Source of the DNA: a virus
Taxonomy: Duplodnaviria > Caudoviricetes
DNA length: 64,000 nt
Virus record (IMG/VR): IMGVR_UViG_3300031993_000044
Location: 22,990 to 86,989 of that record
Reading direction: 5' to 3' (one strand)
In this document: one piece after another, positions 20,214 through 29,498 of the stretch
Layout of the letters: each line of letters begins with the position of its first letter
Position numbering within the stretch: position 1 is the stretch's first letter
Program-made: the position numbers and the translations under genes
The notes under the pieces: generated by a model
What the model was told of the DNA's origin: nothing
Seen by the model: the letters and a program-made list of their open reading frames with translations, nothing else
Databases searched by the model: none

Positions 20214-20561
20214 ATGAAAGAACGTATCTACATCAGCGGCCCTATAACCGGCCACGACATCTACGAGCGCAGGTCAACATTTGAAACTGTGCAGCACTAC
20301 TTGGAACACCTGAACGGCTGGAAAGTGTTTAACCCGCTGAAAAACGGACTTCCAGCCGACGCGCACAGGTCGGAACACATGAGGGAGGACTTAAAGCAGC
20401 TGCTTAACTGTACCGCTATCTACATGATGAAAGGTTGGGAGAAAAGCGCAGGCTGTCAGCTGGAGTTCAACATGGCTACGCAGATAGGCTTAAGTGTCTT
20501 TTTTGAAGGCCAAAAGCATTGGTTCGTGCAGTTTGCAACGGCAAAGTACACAGAGAAATGA
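20214..20561 (+). CDS. DUF4406 (nucleoside deoxyribosyltransferase-like) protein
   Basis: IYISGPITG...FNP...CTAIYMMKGWEKSAGCQLE motif. Confidence 0.8.
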   Translation: MKERIYISGPITGHDIYERRSTFETVQHYLEHLNGWKVFNPLKNGLPADAHRSEHMREDLKQLLNCTAIYMMKGWEKSAGCQLEFNMATQIGLSVFFEGQKHWFVQFATAKYTEK

Positions 20562-20818
20562 GGTACGCACTACGACGGCAGGACAAGCTGAAAGAAGCGT
20601 TTGGCGACGCTTTTTTGGCAGAGCTTAACGTGAGCCTTAAACTGTTTTTTGACGCACGCACGCCCGAAGAAGTGCAGCAGGAGCAGCACCCAGCGGAGCC
20701 GTACCCGACAATCAACGTGCATTGCTTCGCCGACATCGACACTGTTTATGTGTTATACTGCACGCAGTTGGTGTACGACGTTCAGCACTTGGCATACAAA
20801 GAAACATTGAAGAAGTAA
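20558..20818 (+). CDS. Hypothetical protein
   Basis: Overlapping start; C-terminal VYDVQHLAYKE motif. Confidence 0.55.
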   Translation: MRYALRRQDKLKEAFGDAFLAELNVSLKLFFDARTPEEVQQEQHPAEPYPTINVHCFADIDTVYVLYCTQLVYDVQHLAYKETLKK

Positions 20819-20822
20819 CAAC

Positions 20823-21317
20823 ATGAGCAATTACGACAAGCTTAAGCAAAGGGAGCAAAGCAGAAAGTTCTACGACTACGCCATTGGCATTGACACAGGC
20901 ACGCACACGGGCATTGCGGTGTACGACATTGCCCAGCGCAAGCTTATACACGTTGACACGGTTAAGCTGCATGTTGCGCTGCTTTACGTGCTGGACTTCA
21001 TTAAGAAGTGCGAGAGCGAGGGCAGTCACTTTTTCCTGCGTGTGGAAGATGCACGTCAGCGCAATTGGTTCGGCTCACGCTCACAGTACAAGTTGCAGGG
21101 TGCTGGCAGCGTCAAGCGTGACAGCGTTATTTGGCAGGACTTCTTGCTGGACTACGGGCTGACATTTGAAATGGTAGCACCGCAACGGCAGCAGGGCTAC
21201 ACAAAGCTTACGCAGTCAGCCTTTACAAATCTCACGGGCTACAAGGGCAGGACATCAGAACACGCACGGGATGCAGCTATGCTTGTATTCGGGTGCAACA
21301 GAGTTATTCCATTTTAA
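20823..21317 (+). CDS. RuvC-like Holliday junction resolvase
   Basis: IGIDTGTHTG, VEDAR and EHARDAAML RNase H-fold acidic motifs. Confidence 0.7.
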   Translation: MSNYDKLKQREQSRKFYDYAIGIDTGTHTGIAVYDIAQRKLIHVDTVKLHVALLYVLDFIKKCESEGSHFFLRVEDARQRNWFGSRSQYKLQGAGSVKRDSVIWQDFLLDYGLTFEMVAPQRQQGYTKLTQSAFTNLTGYKGRTSEHARDAAMLVFGCNRVIPF

Positions 21318-21328
21318 CAAGTACGACT

Positions 21329-21577
21329 ATGATATTCATAAAAAACGGACATAAGCTTTGGGAAGACATCGAGCGTTATAAACGCATGTTCCCAAACTCA
21401 TACATAAGCTACGACCAAGTTAAGGCAGAGCTGGAAGAAAACAAGGACATGCCCAATGGTCAAGTGTTTGGCATTTCAGTGGCAAAGGAGTGGCCGGACA
21501 AGTGCTACGGCTTTGAAGTTGACAGCGTAACACCCAGTACAACAACTTTCCTGTATTTGGGGCTTTGGAAGTGCTGA
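21329..21577 (+). CDS. Hypothetical protein
   Basis: AGTACGACT-ATG start. Confidence 0.6.
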   Translation: MIFIKNGHKLWEDIERYKRMFPNSYISYDQVKAELEENKDMPNGQVFGISVAKEWPDKCYGFEVDSVTPSTTTFLYLGLWKC

Positions 21578-21601
21578 CAGCCGGCTTTCTTCTTAAAAAT
21601 C

Positions 21602-21664
21602 CTTAATATTATATAGTTTTGATTAGTTTTATTAGGTTTTTCGAGAAATAAGATTGACCTTTGC
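21602..21664 (+). promoter_or_regulatory. Early promoter/operator, copy 2
   Basis: CTTAATA-N21-TATTAGGTTT-N16-GACCTTTGC. Confidence 0.75.
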
Positions 21665-21710
21665 CACACGACAAACATCAGTTTAACTTTTAATTATAGG
21701 AGATACGACA

Positions 21711-22163
21711 ATGACAACGACAATTGAAAAGAAGCAGACCCCAAAGGGGAAAAGCTATTGGGAAAACAGCGGTGCTTACAGCAAGGAAAACGACATCCTG
21801 TTTAAGCAGCTCGTTCCAGCTTCGGGTGAAGCAGACACAGTGAACGGTGAGCTTGTGCGTGCTGCCAACCGCTTGTACTACGAGTATTGCAACAACGGCA
21901 ACATGAACGCTTGCGACGTTAAGTATTACGATTGGGACGAGGACGAAGAAGATGGTGAGTACAGCGTCAACGCATACTACAAGAAGATGCTGGACTTCAT
22001 CCGCGAACACGTTAGCGAAGCAAGCGACCTTTGCGACAAAGTAGAGCAGATTATCCTTGATTCCCACTTTTCCGACAGCGACGAGGACATGCACACTTAC
22101 GACCTATTCTGCGACGCTGTTATGTACTACGTGCTTACACACGACAATAAGAAAAGAGCTTAA
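21711..22163 (+). CDS. Conserved phage hypothetical protein
   Basis: YW..G..LVP.SG.ADT..GELVRAANRLYYEY.NNGN motif; first gene after the promoter. Confidence 0.7.
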   Translation: MTTTIEKKQTPKGKSYWENSGAYSKENDILFKQLVPASGEADTVNGELVRAANRLYYEYCNNGNMNACDVKYYDWDEDEEDGEYSVNAYYKKMLDFIREHVSEASDLCDKVEQIILDSHFSDSDEDMHTYDLFCDAVMYYVLTHDNKKRA

Positions 22164-22174
22164 TCAGTACGACT

Positions 22175-22522
22175 ATGACAGAGCAAGAACTTAAAAAGTA
22201 CAAGGTGCAAGTTCCGAAAGGCTTTCCCGTAGCCTTTCGGGACACTCGCATTACGGACGAGTACGGCATCTATGAAACGGGATTGTTTCAGTATCAGGGC
22301 ATGAAGATTTGCATTAGCATTGACGATGGCAAGTGGCACTTGTCTGTCAGCGCAAAGTACCCGCTTGGCTATGAGCAGCTGAAAAAGGTGCGCTACATGT
22401 TCCTGCCAAACGCAATGCACGTTGCGCAGATATTCCCGCCCAGGGAGCAGTTTGTAAACGTTCATACGTGCTGCTGGCACTTATGGGAAATAGACTTTGA
22501 GAATGACGGCGACAATGAGTAA
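22175..22522 (+). CDS. Conserved phage protein
   Basis: WHLSVS...IFPP..QFVNVH..CWHLWE motif. Confidence 0.7.
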   Translation: MTEQELKKYKVQVPKGFPVAFRDTRITDEYGIYETGLFQYQGMKICISIDDGKWHLSVSAKYPLGYEQLKKVRYMFLPNAMHVAQIFPPREQFVNVHTCCWHLWEIDFENDGDNE

Positions 22523-22691
22523 CAGAACGGACAATATTGTACGTGTTGCAATGTGGCTGCTTATAGTGGCTTGCAGCCTGCAAAGCGTTTACTACCTGCT
22601 TCACTTGCAGCTTGCGGAAACGTTGCTTTTCGCGCTGTCAGCAGCACAAAGCTGGTGCAATATTGTCATGCTAAACGAAACAGAATTATGA
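22515..22691 (+). CDS. Small membrane protein
   Basis: Two hydrophobic segments. Confidence 0.5.
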   Translation: MSNRTDNIVRVAMWLLIVACSLQSVYYLLHLQLAETLLFALSAAQSWCNIVMLNETEL

Positions 22692-22915
22692 TGATACTTT
22701 TCAAAGACGAGCAAGGCAACAGCGTTGGCAGATGGGTCAACGTGGAGTATGCCGACCACGGAACGCCACAAATAGGCGACCATGTTATACTGCACAGCGG
22801 CGACTATAACGAGCTTGCGCAGGAGTTTGTAATCAAGTACCGCACGTTTGACGGCACAAAGATGAATGTTGTTTACGCGACGGTCGAAGCAGTAGGAAAG
22901 GAGTACAAGGTATGA
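22688..22915 (+). CDS. Hypothetical protein
   Basis: MMILFKDEQG start, overlapping the upstream stop. Confidence 0.5.
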   Translation: MMILFKDEQGNSVGRWVNVEYADHGTPQIGDHVILHSGDYNELAQEFVIKYRTFDGTKMNVVYATVEAVGKEYKV

Positions 22916-23073
22916 CAGTAAACATCACAATTAAGGCAGAACACGGCGAGCTTAAGCTGGAGGGCTGCACAAAGTCACCACTTGTTGACGCACTGGAAGA
23001 TGCGCTTAAGAACTTTGACGACTTGCTCGTAGGCAAGCCCAAGAAGATAATAATTGACAACATCAAACAGTAA
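22912..23073 (+). CDS. Hypothetical protein (53 aa)
   Basis: Manual reading MTVNITIKAEHGELKLEGCTK...IDNIKQ. Confidence 0.5.
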   Translation: MTVNITIKAEHGELKLEGCTKSPLVDALEDALKNFDDLLVGKPKKIIIDNIKQ

Positions 23074-23079
23074 ACGACT

Positions 23080-23592
23080 ATGGCACAACAGAAGATGATT
23101 GGCTCTGAAATGTTCATTGAACGCATACAGGAGTTTATCGACAAGCAGATAGCGGAGGATGCAGCGTTTGCGGAAAAGGTGCGCAACACAAAGCGCACTG
23201 TGAACGATTGCGCTGCATGGATGATTGAGAAGCTTGCACAGGACTTTCAAAAGACGGGCAAGATGGGCTACGACGACAGCGAGATTTACGGGCTTGCACT
23301 GCATTTCTTCGACGAGCCTAACCTAAAGGCAAAGGGCAACTTGAATTTCCAAGGGCTGATAATGAGCAACCGCCCGGCGACAAGGCCATACAATCCGCGT
23401 GAGCTTACGGACGAGGAAAAGGCACGCTTGGACGATGCAGCACGTGAGCAGTACAAGAACGAGCAGCTTAACAAGTTTCGTATGCAGGAACAAAAGGAGC
23501 GAGAGAAAGAAGAAAAGCGCATTGCAAAGGCAAAGGAACGCCAGCAGCAGCAAGCACAGCAGTATGTTCAACCCTCATTATTTGATATGTAA
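23080..23592 (+). CDS. PcfK-like protein
   Basis: D..FAEK......DC...G..DSEIYGLALHFFDEPNL and QPSLFDM; paired with PcfJ. Confidence 0.75.
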   Translation: MAQQKMIGSEMFIERIQEFIDKQIAEDAAFAEKVRNTKRTVNDCAAWMIEKLAQDFQKTGKMGYDDSEIYGLALHFFDEPNLKAKGNLNFQGLIMSNRPATRPYNPRELTDEEKARLDDAAREQYKNEQLNKFRMQEQKEREKEEKRIAKAKERQQQQAQQYVQPSLFDM

Positions 23593-23594
23593 CT

Positions 23595-24122
23595 ATGAAT
23601 AAAGTCGAACTTTATCAGGAAATGCTCATTGAAGCAATGAAGCGTCGTATTAACGCTGTAACAGACGAGCAAAATGCGCTCAACAACTTAATGGGCGCAA
23701 AGATTAGCAACATTTGGAAACACATAGGAAAGAAGCAGTACACAATCGACGGGCGAAAGTTCGTTCCAGCACAAATAAAGTGGTACGAATCTTCATTCCA
23801 GCCGTGCTACTGCATTACAATTACATTCCTTTGCGTACCGTCAGAACTTCTTAAGGACAAGAAGCTGACAGACACGGAGCGCAAGAAAATACGCGAATAT
23901 GAAAAGAGCGTCTTCAACGAATTTTCGTTTGACGTTCAGAAAAGCAATTTGAATGAAGTGCTGTTAGACAAAGTACACAGAGACTTTCATTGGGAGTTGT
24001 ACAACTGCCGCAACAAAATACAAGTTTGTGAAATCAGGGAATGGAAATACGACTTGGAGGACATAACGTCAGACAGCTTTGTTAGAAACGGAATGACGAT
24101 GGATAGTCAATTTCTTTGGTAG
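23595..24122 (+). CDS. Hypothetical protein
   Basis: Between the PcfK- and PcfJ-like genes; more AT-rich. Confidence 0.6.
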   Translation: MNKVELYQEMLIEAMKRRINAVTDEQNALNNLMGAKISNIWKHIGKKQYTIDGRKFVPAQIKWYESSFQPCYCITITFLCVPSELLKDKKLTDTERKKIREYEKSVFNEFSFDVQKSNLNEVLLDKVHRDFHWELYNCRNKIQVCEIREWKYDLEDITSDSFVRNGMTMDSQFLW

Positions 24123-24124
24123 CT

Positions 24125-25432
24125 ATGACACCACACACTAAAGCACAGAAAGAAGTCGTGCAGTTGGCAACCCAGCTGCACGACTTGACAAAGGCAGAAA
24201 GAGTTTGGGCGTTGAAAAACGTGCCTTACTTCATAGGACACGCAAGCCGTGGTACTGTCACTTGTATGCACTGCGGACACACGTTTGACTACAAGGGCAA
24301 GGAAACGCAACGCTGCCCTCACTGCAAGCGCACGCTGCATATTACAGAGACGCGCAAGGAATCAGCACGCGACGTTGAGTGCTTTGTGCTTATCGACGCA
24401 ATAGACAGATGGCAGGTTATGCGCTACTTCCACGTAGTGACAGAGTGCTTGAAGTCGGGAAAGCAGGGAAAAACGCGCATTTCGGAGATTATGCAACGCT
24501 GGATAGGCTCAAAGGGCGAGTACGTTATACTTGCGAAGACGCGCAACATCTGCTTCTATAACGCATCGTGGAACTATGACAGCGAAATGTTGTGCCGGCA
24601 GATACCCGACAAGTATTACTGCAACGGCATTGACAGGGAGGGCTATTGCGACATGCTTGTACGTAAGTGGCATCCTGCACTGCAACACGTGCCATACGAC
24701 AAGGACGTGTGCAAGCTGGATATTTTCACGTACATGCGTGCTATGATGTCAAGCCCATACGCCGAAACGCTGTTTAAGATGGGCAGGATGAAGCTTTTCC
24801 GAAAGTGTGCAGAAGAAAACTATTTCAGCAACAGCGAAATCGTTGCAGCCATACGAATTGCGCTTAAGAACAAGTACGACATTGAGAAGGACATGAGCAT
24901 TTGGCTTGACATGGTTTGCGTGCTCTACAAGTTGAAAAAGGACTTGCACAGCCCGGCCTACGTCTGCCCGAAGAATCTGCATGAGGCACACGACAAGTAT
25001 TTCAACCGCTGGCACAGGATTGAGGACGAGAAGCAGCGCAAGCTCGACGCAAAGCGGATGCTGCAAAAGCTGCTGCAATCAAAGAAGCAAAACGAAGCGT
25101 ACATCAAGCGTATGCAGCCGTTCTTTGGGCTGCTTCTCAAAGAGGGCAACTTGCAGATACACGTTCTTAAGGACGTGGAGGAATTTGCAACGGAAGCGTC
25201 TGTAATGGGGCATTGCGTGTTTCAGAATGAGTATTACAACCGCCCAAGCTCGCTTATCATGTCGGCACAGGTCAACGGCAAGCGTACTGAAACAGTGGAA
25301 GTGTCACTGCAAAGCTTCACAATACAACAGTCACGAGGGCATAAGAACTTGCCGACAAAGTTTCACAAGCAGATAGTGTCACTCGTAAACAGGAACATGA
25401 ATCTTATCAGACAAGCAGCAAGCGCAGGTTAG
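24125..25432 (+). CDS. PcfJ-like protein
   Basis: CxxC Zn ribbon, PKNLHEAHD, EASVMGHCVF and IQQSRGHKN motifs. Confidence 0.8.
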   Translation: MTPHTKAQKEVVQLATQLHDLTKAERVWALKNVPYFIGHASRGTVTCMHCGHTFDYKGKETQRCPHCKRTLHITETRKESARDVECFVLIDAIDRWQVMRYFHVVTECLKSGKQGKTRISEIMQRWIGSKGEYVILAKTRNICFYNASWNYDSEMLCRQIPDKYYCNGIDREGYCDMLVRKWHPALQHVPYDKDVCKLDIFTYMRAMMSSPYAETLFKMGRMKLFRKCAEENYFSNSEIVAAIRIALKNKYDIEKDMSIWLDMVCVLYKLKKDLHSPAYVCPKNLHEAHDKYFNRWHRIEDEKQRKLDAKRMLQKLLQSKKQNEAYIKRMQPFFGLLLKEGNLQIHVLKDVEEFATEASVMGHCVFQNEYYNRPSSLIMSAQVNGKRTETVEVSLQSFTIQQSRGHKNLPTKFHKQIVSLVNRNMNLIRQAASAG

Positions 25433-25642
25433 TCACCCCTGCGCTTGTAGTTCTTTTTTGCGTGCGTCGTAGATGTGCCTGGCACGCTGTACTCTTTCGC
25501 TTTCTTCAAACTCGACATATTCAAGCTTTGTGCCAGTGCGCTTGTACTGCTGCAAAGCTTGCTCTATTATAACATCACGCAAAACTTTGTCTGAAGCCCA
25601 TGCTGCCATGCGGATAGCTTCAATGTACTGCATCTTTATCAT
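25433..25642 (-). CDS. Hypothetical protein (moron operon)
   Basis: Third gene of a minus-strand operon. Confidence 0.55.
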   Translation of the reverse strand: MIKMQYIEAIRMAAWASDKVLRDVIIEQALQQYKRTGTKLEYVEFEESERVQRARHIYDARKKELQAQG

Positions 25643-26013
25643 AAGTCCACGCCCCCGGCAATGCCAATATACGTTTTTCCATTGATTTCAAGCTGCTGTA
25701 CGCCGCTATTTGCATCGAGCCGATAAACTGTCAGGCTCTCCGTTTTTCCGTCGCTGTACGTAAGCGTAACGCTTGGAGCGTTGACTGTGTAGGTGTACTG
25801 CTGTACGCTGGAGCTGCCAACGTTCTTTGCGCCCGTCAGTTCGCTGCCAATGCGAAAGAACGAGTAAGACGTGCTGCTGTCACTCCACCGCTGGACTGAA
25901 ACAAGGTAGTCAACGGTGACGGGCAACTTCTTTACGCCCGTGTCCTCGTCGCTGTCACTGCTGCAAGCAAATAGCGACACAATTAAAGTACATGCAAGAA
26001 GTATCTTTTTCAT
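25639..26013 (-). CDS. Lipoprotein (moron operon)
   Basis: MKKILLACTLIVSLFAC signal peptide with lipobox, then an acidic SSDSDED linker. Confidence 0.8.
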   Translation of the reverse strand: MKKILLACTLIVSLFACSSDSDEDTGVKKLPVTVDYLVSVQRWSDSSTSYSFFRIGSELTGAKNVGSSSVQQYTYTVNAPSVTLTYSDGKTESLTVYRLDANSGVQQLEINGKTYIGIAGGVDL

Positions 26014-26351
26014 GCAGATTGTTTGTAGTTGGGTTTGAGTGATTCCATTATCTCCGAAAGCTGTGCTTGCGCAAACACGCATTCATCACTTGCAACGTCA
26101 AACGCTGCTGCACAGCTGTCATGTGCTTTGAGTAACGCACGCGCATTACTGCGTATGCCAGCGATTAGGCGCAACGTCTGATAATCGAACTTGACGCTTA
26201 CATCGTCAGGGAACGTGCTGCTGTTAGAACTTACTTTGGGCTGTGCCATTCGCAGGACATGAGCTGCTGCCTGGCAATAGTTGGCAAGCTGGATGCTGAA
26301 ATCTTTGTGCAACAGCATTGCTTCACGCAAATTCATTTTGTTATAGTCCAT
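26010..26351 (-). CDS. Hypothetical helical protein (moron operon)
   Basis: ATG 26351 lies about 25 nt after TACCTTTGC (26375-26383, minus strand). Confidence 0.6.
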   Translation of the reverse strand: MDYNKMNLREAMLLHKDFSIQLANYCQAAAHVLRMAQPKVSSNSSTFPDDVSVKFDYQTLRLIAGIRSNARALLKAHDSCAAAFDVASDECVFAQAQLSEIMESLKPNYKQSA

Positions 26352-26469
26352 GCTGTCAAAGTTTAATTACAGCTGCAAAGGTAACACTTTCAGCCGGAAA
26401 AACGCACACGTTCACATAAATTAAGGTGGAAAGAAAACTTAATAACTATACGAAACTAAACATTTCTTG

Positions 26470-26541
26470 TTAAAAATCCGAAATATACTAAATAAAATAT
26501 AGAAATTATTAGGTTTTTAGAGTTTTTCTTACGACCTTTGC
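26470..26541 (+). promoter_or_regulatory. Early promoter/operator, copy 3
   Basis: TTAAAAATC...TATTAGGTTT-N16-GACCTTTGC; left half-site degenerate. Confidence 0.7.
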
Positions 26542-26570
26542 CATACAGTTTAACAAAAAGAGATACGACA

Positions 26571-27149
26571 ATGAAAAAGAATTTTAAGAACATCGACGAG
26601 GAACTGAACGCTTACAGCGCATTCCTTGATGAAAGTGAGTACGGCAAGACTGTCAAGCAGATACGTGAAGCTTGCAAGGACTATTTCTACACGTACACGG
26701 GTGAGCTCGGCATGGAAAGCAGCGAACTTACGGACTACGGAACAATGTACAGCTGGGGATTCAACGGCAACGAGCTTCGCTTTGCCGAAAACTTGCTGCA
26801 CTACCTCGCAAACTTCGACATCGTGCTACAGGTCGGCAAGAACGCAGACGAGCGCAACAGCAACCACAACGACGTTGCAAAGCTGCTTAACAAGCTCATT
26901 AAGCTGGGCAACGAGATTGAAGCAAGGAGTGAAGCGCAAACGAAGCTCCGCTATGCAGTACACTGTGACTTGGACGTAATGGTAGAGGGCGGCTACACAC
27001 AGCAGCAGTGCTTGGATTGGTTCGCCGGTAAGGATGCAGCAGAGGTTTACGAGCTTAAGGACGGCAAGGACGTTAAGGCTGATGAAGTGCTGCTGGACGT
27101 TGTGAAGGAACTTTTACCCATGCACTTCGAAGGAACTGCCATAAAATAA
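26571..27149 (+). CDS. Hypothetical early protein
   Basis: TACGACA-ATG start after the promoter. Confidence 0.7.
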   Translation: MKKNFKNIDEELNAYSAFLDESEYGKTVKQIREACKDYFYTYTGELGMESSELTDYGTMYSWGFNGNELRFAENLLHYLANFDIVLQVGKNADERNSNHNDVAKLLNKLIKLGNEIEARSEAQTKLRYAVHCDLDVMVEGGYTQQQCLDWFAGKDAAEVYELKDGKDVKADEVLLDVVKELLPMHFEGTAIK

Positions 27150-27213
27150 TATATAAGTTGAACACCGGGAGCAGCAACACGGCTGCTCCCACAAAGCAAG
27201 AAAGGAAACGACA

Positions 27214-27606
27214 ATGCCACAACAGTACGACATTAAGGTTTGGCAGCAGATGCTTACAGACGTAAAGGCTGCTAACACAAAGATGCGCCAGCGCATCGAC
27301 AGCAAGGCACAGACGGGCTACGTAGTAATCAGCAACACTTTCGACCATTGCGTTTGCAGCGACGAAAACCGCTGTGCAACGGTGCAGGTTGTCGCTTGCA
27401 GTACAGAGCCAGTTATCATGCCGAAAAGCAACGCAGAGCGCATTGCTAACACGTTCAAAGCATATTGTGGAGTATCAGAGCAACGGCGCATTTGTTGGCA
27501 GGTTATGAATGTGCTGGAATACTACAGGCGGCTTGTCACGCGCAACGAGCGCATGATTGAGATATTGGAAGAAGCACTTGGAAACAAGAGTTTAGTTACA
27601 GCTTAA
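27214..27606 (+). CDS. Hypothetical protein
   Basis: ACGACA-ATG start. Confidence 0.6.
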   Translation: MPQQYDIKVWQQMLTDVKAANTKMRQRIDSKAQTGYVVISNTFDHCVCSDENRCATVQVVACSTEPVIMPKSNAERIANTFKAYCGVSEQRRICWQVMNVLEYYRRLVTRNERMIEILEEALGNKSLVTA

Positions 27607-27620
27607 CACAGTACGGCATT

Positions 27621-28007
27621 ATGGAAAAGAAATCACTTTACATCGAGTACAAATCACAGCGCAAGCGTGCCAACGACTGCGCTGTGAGAGCACTGATGAA
27701 GCTCCTTACGTTGAGTTGGGTAGAAGCTTACAACGAGCTTTGCAGTGCCGGGCGTACAGTAATGCGTATGCCCGACGAGATAGATTCTATTCGCGTAGCA
27801 ATAGAAAGCTTCGGCTTCAAAAAAGTGTCAATACCCGTGACGAAAGGCTGCAAGCGGCCAACAGTTGAAAGCTTTGCAGCGGAGCACCCACAGGGGCGTT
27901 ACTTGCTTAACGTTGCCCAACACGTTGTAGCCTGCGTTGACGGGCACTATTACGATAGTTGGGATTGCGGAGAAAAGTGTGTCTATAACTATTGGGAGGG
28001 CGAATAA
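27621..28007 (+). CDS. Papain-fold-like small protein
   Basis: NDCAVRAL...HVVACVDG.YYDSWD gives a Cys-His-Asp order. Confidence 0.5.
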   Translation: MEKKSLYIEYKSQRKRANDCAVRALMKLLTLSWVEAYNELCSAGRTVMRMPDEIDSIRVAIESFGFKKVSIPVTKGCKRPTVESFAAEHPQGRYLLNVAQHVVACVDGHYYDSWDCGEKCVYNYWEGE

Positions 28008-28189
28008 TGGAAAAGGCAAAAAGAGTGTTCTTTGTGTATAACGATTGCAGCCCTGACAGGAAAGAGCATAGGGTTGAATTAACGAAAGAACTCATGTCCG
28101 AATGGGGCTACAAGGACATAAATCACATGAAACGAAACATGATGGGCTGGATAGGCTTAAACAAACATTTTGAAGTTGAAGAACAATAA
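28007..28189 (+). CDS. Hypothetical protein
   Basis: TAATG coupling to the upstream gene. Confidence 0.5.
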   Translation: MEKAKRVFFVYNDCSPDRKEHRVELTKELMSEWGYKDINHMKRNMMGWIGLNKHFEVEEQ

Positions 28190-28204
28190 AAAAACATTAC
28201 AACA

Positions 28205-28543
28205 ATGAAAAAGATTTCAGAGTTAAAAGTGGGTGACAGCGTTACTTGTTACGAGCCATATAGTAACAACATTAAGAACGCTTACGAAGCAAAGGTTACA
28301 AAGGTTGGCAGAAAGTACATCACTGTGTGGCATAGTACACACTTTGACAAGGACACGGGACACGGCGAAAACGGCTATCAGCTTTTCGTTGGAAATTTTG
28401 ACGAGTTTGAAGCATGGTTTGCGTTGAAGCCAACGCGCATGAAGCAACGAAGCAATATAGAATCCATGATTAGGGAGCTTGACGTGCCGGAACTGACAAA
28501 GATTATTAACTTCATACAACGTTTGGAGAATGAAACAGAGTAG
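28205..28543 (+). CDS. Hypothetical protein (KOW/SH3-like N-terminus)
   Basis: LKVGDSV...AKVTKVGRKYITV motif. Confidence 0.6.
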   Translation: MKKISELKVGDSVTCYEPYSNNIKNAYEAKVTKVGRKYITVWHSTHFDKDTGHGENGYQLFVGNFDEFEAWFALKPTRMKQRSNIESMIRELDVPELTKIINFIQRLENETE

Positions 28544-28748
28544 CACAACGTACCCTACACGCATTGCGGCAATGGTACGGCAGTTTGAGTCAATCGACGC
28601 ACAGCCGAAAATCAGCACAGAGCAGCTTTCAATACACATGGAGCAGCCCTGCGGATGCAACCTTACGGAACACTTCAACTGTCCTACGGAGGACTTAAAT
28701 CAGCGTTATTACGTAGAACTGTGCGAGAAGCACAAATTAGAGCTTTAA
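28530..28748 (+). CDS. Hypothetical protein
   Basis: Overlaps the upstream gene. Confidence 0.45.
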   Translation: MKQSSTTYPTRIAAMVRQFESIDAQPKISTEQLSIHMEQPCGCNLTEHFNCPTEDLNQRYYVELCEKHKLEL

Positions 28749-28752
28749 CAAC

Positions 28753-29091
28753 ATGCAAGAAGTAACAAACATCAAACAGTCAAACCGTCTGCTGTCAATA
28801 ATAGGCAGCGACAGGACAGCCGACTTTTGGCGCACGCCCAAGGTTGGCGGGTACATTATCAGCACGGAGAAAAAGGTCAACAGCACGCCCGCATGGAGCG
28901 TGACGGCACTCATGGATATGCTGGATGAACATTTCGACGAGGAAAACGGCACTGCGATACCCCTCATAAACCCGCTCGAAAACTATGTGTACTTTGATGC
29001 AAACGGATTTCTCGTTGAGGAATTTTCGCGTAGCACGCTGCTTATAGACAACTTGATTGACGCAATAGAATGGCAGAATAAAAATGGATAA
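28753..29091 (+). CDS. Hypothetical protein
   Basis: PAWSVTAL motif, common in Bacteroidales phages. Confidence 0.6.
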   Translation: MQEVTNIKQSNRLLSIIGSDRTADFWRTPKVGGYIISTEKKVNSTPAWSVTALMDMLDEHFDEENGTAIPLINPLENYVYFDANGFLVEEFSRSTLLIDNLIDAIEWQNKNG

Positions 29092-29389
29092 GAGAGTATT
29101 CAGGGCGTTGCAGCACGACAACCTTTTCAGCGACGATGTTAGCCCGGTGGAGTTCACAAAGTCTAACCGCAAGTACAAGCTTGCTGGATGGGGAAAGGTC
29201 GTAAGCGGCGAGATACACAACGACATCTATCTGTGGAGCTTCAAAAAGAGCAAGCTGCCCATTGTGGACGCAGAAATTGAAACTGTTGTGGGTGAGCGTG
29301 TGAAGCTCATGCGCATTGGCAGGACATCAAAGTACGTAGAGCGTGCAAAGCGTCTTTACTCGGAGGAATTGGGCTATGTGGCGTACTGA
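29084..29389 (+). CDS. Hypothetical protein
   Basis: Last gene of the early block. Confidence 0.6.
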   Translation: MDKRVFRALQHDNLFSDDVSPVEFTKSNRKYKLAGWGKVVSGEIHNDIYLWSFKKSKLPIVDAEIETVVGERVKLMRIGRTSKYVERAKRLYSEELGYVAY

Positions 29390-29392
29390 CAC

Positions 29393-29432
29393 AAAAAAGC
29401 CCCCGCGTCAGTACGACAAACACGCAGGGGCT
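29393..29432 (-). terminator. Intrinsic terminator (minus strand)
   Basis: AGCCCCUGCGU / ACGCGGGGGCU stem, 13 nt loop, then U6. The U.G wobble on the minus strand would be a C.A mismatch on the plus strand. Confidence 0.75.
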
Positions 29433-29495
29433 ACGACATTTCAGTTTAACTTTGCGTAAAACTGTACGAGCAAGGCACAGAAATACAACAATGTC
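29393..29495 (-). ncRNA. Candidate small RNA antisense to early-gene leader motifs
   Basis: Minus-strand TACCTTTGC at 29499-29507; minus-strand terminator at 29393-29432; no ORF on that strand; contains reverse complements of CAGTACGACAAAC, CAGTTTAACTTT and TACAACAATG. Confidence 0.55.
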
Positions 29496-29498
29496 GGT

